NCBI GenBank assembly: GCA_944386905.1
Contig: CALXCW010000001.1
Coordinates: 1-63,411 of the forward strand
DNA from: an uncultured Oscillospiraceae bacterium
Lineage (GTDB): Bacteria > Bacillota > Clostridia > Oscillospirales > Oscillospiraceae
Length of the DNA: 63,411 bases
Direction: 5' to 3'
A program made the position numbers and the translations under genes. The notes beneath the pieces were generated by a model, which saw only the letters and a list, made by a program, of their open reading frames with translations, was not told the origin of the DNA and did no database searches. Positions 59,957-63,411 of this stretch are shown piece by piece (position 1 is the first letter of the stretch; every line of letters begins with the position of its first letter).

Positions 59957-61177
59957 TCAGGGACGATACTGCTCTACGATTGCGATGATTTCGCCGTTTT
60001 TGAGGTAGAAGCGGAAGAGCACATCCCATCCGGTGATTTGAGCCCAATCCCAGAGTGTCGTGGCGGCAACACGGCAGAAGGGGCTGTGGTGCTCCTGGAG
60101 GATCCAGAAGGCACAGTCCTCGGCCAGAGGATAGGTTTTGCCGGTCTCACCGGTTTCCAGACGGTAGCCGTTGGGCTCGTCGGGATCGTCGATCCATGTC
60201 ATTTGATCCAGGGTGACCTGACTGTCCAAAGCCCGGAGATAGCCGTGGACATAGTTTTCTCCCAGCGCTTCGCCGGGGTCGGTCTCTGAAGTCTCCAGGG
60301 TGTCCTCGGGAGTGGCTTCCCGGAGGGAGACAGCTTCGGCGCGGAGGCTGTCCCAGAGGGTAGAGAGCTCCATGGGAGAGGCTTCATAGGGCACTCCGCC
60401 CAGAAGCAGGCAGGCTGAATCGTCCAGGGGGATGTACCCCAGTGTCAGTTGCGAGCCGTCGGTGAGCGCCAGGCGCAGGACGAATTCCGCCTCCAGGGTG
60501 GGGGTTAAGACCTGGGTGAAATCGGTGGAGAGATGAGCCTTTAAGAAATCCAGAATCTTTCCCTTGTCCTCTGTGGTGCGGCAGGTTTTTTGCTGATTGA
60601 GTCCATTATGAAAGACCTCGACGCCGAAGAGCTCGTCGGGCGTCAGTTTGGCGATGCGGTAGAGGGAGATCTCGCCGGTCTGTTCGCCTGTATCGCCCGC
60701 GGGGAGATAGCGAAAGTAGTAGGTGGCGCTGCCCCAGGCTTCGGCCGTTTCGGTCTCATTCCAGACGGCACTGACGCAGAAGAGATAACTTCCGGCTTCC
60801 AGCGGCACGGTCAGAGTGTCGTTGCCTGAGACGGGAACATCCACAGCCTCACGATAGCCGTCGGCATTGGTGTAGCAGGTCACGGCGCATGAATCCGGTT
60901 CCACGGAGAAGTTGAGCCGGATGGAGCCGGTCTTACTCTTGTTGACGAAGGGGATGGAGGACAGCTGCGCCAAGGGATCCGTGCCCTCGCTGCTTTTGGT
61001 CTGCCCCTGGTAGACCCAGTGATAGGAGAATGTCTCGGCGGTGACGCCGCTGTCGCCATATTCCACTTCCAGAGCCCAGGGCGTATTGGAGGCAGCGGGG
61101 GGCGTCTCCTTTTGACAGCCTGTCAATGCCAGCAGGACTGCCAGGCCAAAAATCATGTATATCCATCGCAGTTTCAT
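59957..61177 (-). CDS. hypothetical lipoprotein
   Basis: 406 aa from the ATG at 61177, with signal peptide and lipobox LALTGC. No recognisable catalytic motif. Confidence 0.6.
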   Translation of the reverse strand: MKLRWIYMIFGLAVLLALTGCQKETPPAASNTPWALEVEYGDSGVTAETFSYHWVYQGQTKSSEGTDPLAQLSSIPFVNKSKTGSIRLNFSVEPDSCAVTCYTNADGYREAVDVPVSGNDTLTVPLEAGSYLFCVSAVWNETETAEAWGSATYYFRYLPAGDTGEQTGEISLYRIAKLTPDELFGVEVFHNGLNQQKTCRTTEDKGKILDFLKAHLSTDFTQVLTPTLEAEFVLRLALTDGSQLTLGYIPLDDSACLLLGGVPYEASPMELSTLWDSLRAEAVSLREATPEDTLETSETDPGEALGENYVHGYLRALDSQVTLDQMTWIDDPDEPNGYRLETGETGKTYPLAEDCAFWILQEHHSPFCRVAATTLWDWAQITGWDVLFRFYLKNGEIIAIVEQYRP

Positions 61178-61307
61178 GCAAAAATTCCTCCTGTAAACCT
61201 GAGATGACACCATGATACCACATCCTTGCAATTTCGTCCATTCTTTGGTATCATGGGGTGGAAATCGATATTTTTCCCGCCTTTGCGGCGGGATGGGAGG
61301 CATACCT

Positions 61308-62531
61308 ATGCAGAAAACCAGATTGAAGCGCTACGCCAAGCTCATCGCTCGGATGGGCTGCAACGTCCAGAAAGGGCAGGATGTATTCCTTAATGCGGGC
61401 CTTGACCAGCCGGAATTTGTGGCCATGGTCACCGACGAGCTCTATAAGGCCGGTGCAAGAAAAGTTTTTGTGGAGTTTTCCTATCAGCCCCTTGAAAAGC
61501 TCCATGTGCGCCATCGCTCCATGAAAGCACTCTCCACGGTGGAGTCCTTTGAGGAGGCAAGGCTCCAATATTGGACGGAGCACTTCCCTGTGCGGCTCTA
61601 CCTGATTTCCGACGATCCCGATGGTCTCAAGGGGATGAACCTTTCCAAAATGGCAAAGGGCCAGCAGGCCCGTTACCCCATCATCAAACCCTATCGCGAT
61701 CAGATTGAGGGTAAGCACCAGTGGTGTATCGCCGCAGTGCCTGGCGCCGCCTGGGCCAAGAAGATGTTCCCCGGCCTCTCCAAGGGTCAGGCGATGGAAA
61801 AGCTCTGGGAGGCCATTCTCGCCACCTGCCGCGTGGACGAAGATCCCATTGCCGCCTGGGAGGCCCACAACCGCGACCTCAAAGCCCGGTGCGAATATCT
61901 CAACGGCTTGGGCATCGAGTCGCTTCACTATCGCGCCTCCAATGGCACCGATCTCACCGTGGGGATGATCCCAGAGGCGGTGTTTTGCGGCGGCGGAGAG
62001 ACGACCCAGCAAGGGGTGTTCTTTAATCCCAATCTTCCCACTGAGGAGTGCTTCATCTCTCCCAAGCGCGGCGAGGCGGAGGGCATCGTATACGCCTCCA
62101 AGCCCCTTTGCTACCAGAGCCAGCTCATTGAGAACTTCTATATGAAATTTGAAGGCGGCAAGGTGGTCGAGGCCAAGGCCGAGGTCAATGACGCGCTGCT
62201 GCAAGAGATGCTGAACATGGACGAAGGCGCCCGGTATCTGGGAGAGTGCGCCCTGGTACCGTTCAACAGCCCCATTAACGAGACGGGCCTGCTGTTCTAC
62301 AACACGCTCTTTGATGAAAACGCCTGCTGCCATTTGGCTGTCGGTATGGGCTATGCCGACACCATCCGCGGTTTCCATGAAAAGACTTTGGAGGAGTGCC
62401 GAGCCCTGGGCATCAACGACTCTATGATCCATGAGGACTTTATGATCGGCACCGCTGATTTGGAGATTACTGCCCATTGTCGTGACGGCAGGGATGTCAC
62501 CCTCTTCACCGGCGGTACCTGGGCCTTCTGA
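61308..62531 (+). CDS. aminopeptidase, M29 (AmpS/PepS) family
   Basis: 407 aa from the ATG at 61308. The N-terminus RLKRYAKLIARMGCNVQKGQDV and the motifs ENACCHLAVG and HEDFMIG are typical of thermophilic-metalloprotease M29. Confidence 0.85.
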   Translation: MQKTRLKRYAKLIARMGCNVQKGQDVFLNAGLDQPEFVAMVTDELYKAGARKVFVEFSYQPLEKLHVRHRSMKALSTVESFEEARLQYWTEHFPVRLYLISDDPDGLKGMNLSKMAKGQQARYPIIKPYRDQIEGKHQWCIAAVPGAAWAKKMFPGLSKGQAMEKLWEAILATCRVDEDPIAAWEAHNRDLKARCEYLNGLGIESLHYRASNGTDLTVGMIPEAVFCGGGETTQQGVFFNPNLPTEECFISPKRGEAEGIVYASKPLCYQSQLIENFYMKFEGGKVVEAKAEVNDALLQEMLNMDEGARYLGECALVPFNSPINETGLLFYNTLFDENACCHLAVGMGYADTIRGFHEKTLEECRALGINDSMIHEDFMIGTADLEITAHCRDGRDVTLFTGGTWAF

Positions 62532-62533
62532 CC

Positions 62534-63411
62534 ATGGTTTCGGTCTACCCGGACTACTGGGAGGCATTTCATTGCCTGGCGGGCGCTTGCCCCGACACTT
62601 GCTGTGGCCAGTGGGAGATCGTGGTGGATAGGGAGGCCGAGGCTCGCTACCGCGCCGTGGGTGGGGAACTGGGAGAACAGATTCGCCGGGCGCTCACGGT
62701 GGTGGATGGTGAAACGGTGATGGCGCTCCAAGACGGCCATTGTCCGCTGCTCACCGAGGAAGGGCTCTGCCCCATTGTTACAGCGCTGGGAGAGGACTTC
62801 CTTTCGGTGACCTGCCACACCCATCCCCGGTTTACGGAAATATACGGCGGTCTCCGGGAGACAATGCTCTCCATTTCCTGCCCGGAGGCGGCGCGGCTGC
62901 TGCTGACGCGCACCGCGCCTTTGACTTTTATTGTCCGCCAGGATGATGCGCCGCCGGAGCCCAATGACCTGGATCCTGCATTGTTTCTGGCTGTCTCCCA
63001 GGGACGGGATACGGCTATGGCGATTTTACAGCGCCGAAGTCTGGAACTTTCCGACCGGTTGGCGCTGTTCCTTGAGTTTTCTGCTCGGTTAGAGCGGCTC
63101 ATAGCTGCGCGACGGTATGTGGCGGGGCAGACTCTCTCAGATCGCTACCGGGGGGCGGAGTATGGCAGCCGAAGGCTGACGCGGCTGCGCCGCCGTCGGG
63201 GCGGCGGGGACTTGGAGCCCCTGCGGCATCTGCTGGGCGGCATGGAGCACCTAGCTGCTGATGCCCCGGCTTTCTTCGACGCCTTGGAAGCACCAACGCT
63301 CCTGGAAAACCAGATCCCCTTGGAACAGCTGGCGGTGTATTTGCTGTTTCGCTGGTGGCGCAAGGCCAGCTGTGACGGTTTTTTGTGGCGACAAGCCGCG
63401 GCAATTGCCTG
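62534..63411 (+). CDS. Cys-rich FliB-like (flagellin lysine-N-methylase family / UPF0153-related) protein, 3' truncated by the window edge
   Basis: The frame is open from the ATG at 62534 (3 nt after the aminopeptidase stop) to the window end. It is not in the ORF track because no stop is reached. Translated by eye: MVSVYPDYWEAFHCLAGACPDTCCGQWEIVVD...DGHCPLLTEEGLCPI...VTCHTHPRF, the CxxxCxxxCC ... HCP ... GLC pattern of FliB-type proteins. Confidence 0.6.
   Translation, partial: MVSVYPDYWEAFHCLAGACPDTCCGQWEIVVDREAEARYRAVGGELGEQIRRALTVVDGETVMALQDGHCPLLTEEGLCPIVTALGEDFLSVTCHTHPRFTEIYGGLRETMLSISCPEAARLLLTRTAPLTFIVRQDDAPPEPNDLDPALFLAVSQGRDTAMAILQRRSLELSDRLALFLEFSARLERLIAARRYVAGQTLSDRYRGAEYGSRRLTRLRRRRGGGDLEPLRHLLGGMEHLAADAPAFFDALEAPTLLENQIPLEQLAVYLLFRWWRKASCDGFLWRQAAAIA

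Noticed and set aside
1-63411. Search for prophage, integrative element, defence island, tRNA/rRNA genes or CRISPR arrays
   Set aside because: No integrase, transposase, recombinase, toxin-antitoxin, restriction or cas signatures were seen. No cloverleaf-like tRNA sequences are recognisable in any gap. The gene content is core metabolic and housekeeping, with uniform composition.

Overview
This is a high-GC, gene-dense chromosomal segment from an anaerobic spore-forming Firmicute, probably a Clostridia / Oscillospiraceae-like gut organism. That guess rests on T-box leaders, spoVAC, indolepyruvate:ferredoxin oxidoreductase, rubrerythrins and the acetylase-branch DAP pathway. I call about 58 protein genes. 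They include a GH13 amylase, addBA, an arylacetate/IOR operon, a MATE pump, two LysR regulators with a flavodoxin-cupin-CMD set, and a cluster of an O-antigen-ligase-like protein, a double-cubane (HgdB/BcrB-like) protein, its activase, DUF3343 and a cysteine desulfurase. Also present are dinB, tspO, dapA-dapB-dapH-aminotransferase-deacetylase, two polysaccharide deacetylases, ldhA, an orphan spoVAC, tadA, mnmG, two rubredoxin/rubrerythrin fusions, yaiI, prfB, secG, dpaL, thiT, radC, trpB2, argCJBD, an M29 aminopeptidase and a 3'-truncated FliB-like Cys-rich gene. Four cis-regulatory RNAs are readable directly from the sequence: a Tyr T-box (about 9995-10220), a lysine riboswitch (about 30584-30816), a TPP riboswitch on the minus strand (about 51873-52031) and a Trp T-box (about 53764-54027). 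A LexA box sits at dinB and ARG boxes sit at argC. I saw no rRNA, tRNA, CRISPR array, transposase or integrase. The most interesting signal is the Tyr-specific T-box in front of a ligase / SSS-permease / iorAB / paaK / ACT operon. That arrangement implies a starvation-induced, reverse (reductive-carboxylation) route from arylacetate to tyrosine. It is paralleled by a Trp T-box driving a stand-alone TrpB2, which suggests indole salvage. Secondary leads are the translationally coupled double-cubane-protein / sulfur-trafficking cluster, two CU/C-rich terminator-bounded candidate small RNAs or leaders, and a long structured leader upstream of yaiI. All family assignments come from motif recognition by eye; no database search was run.
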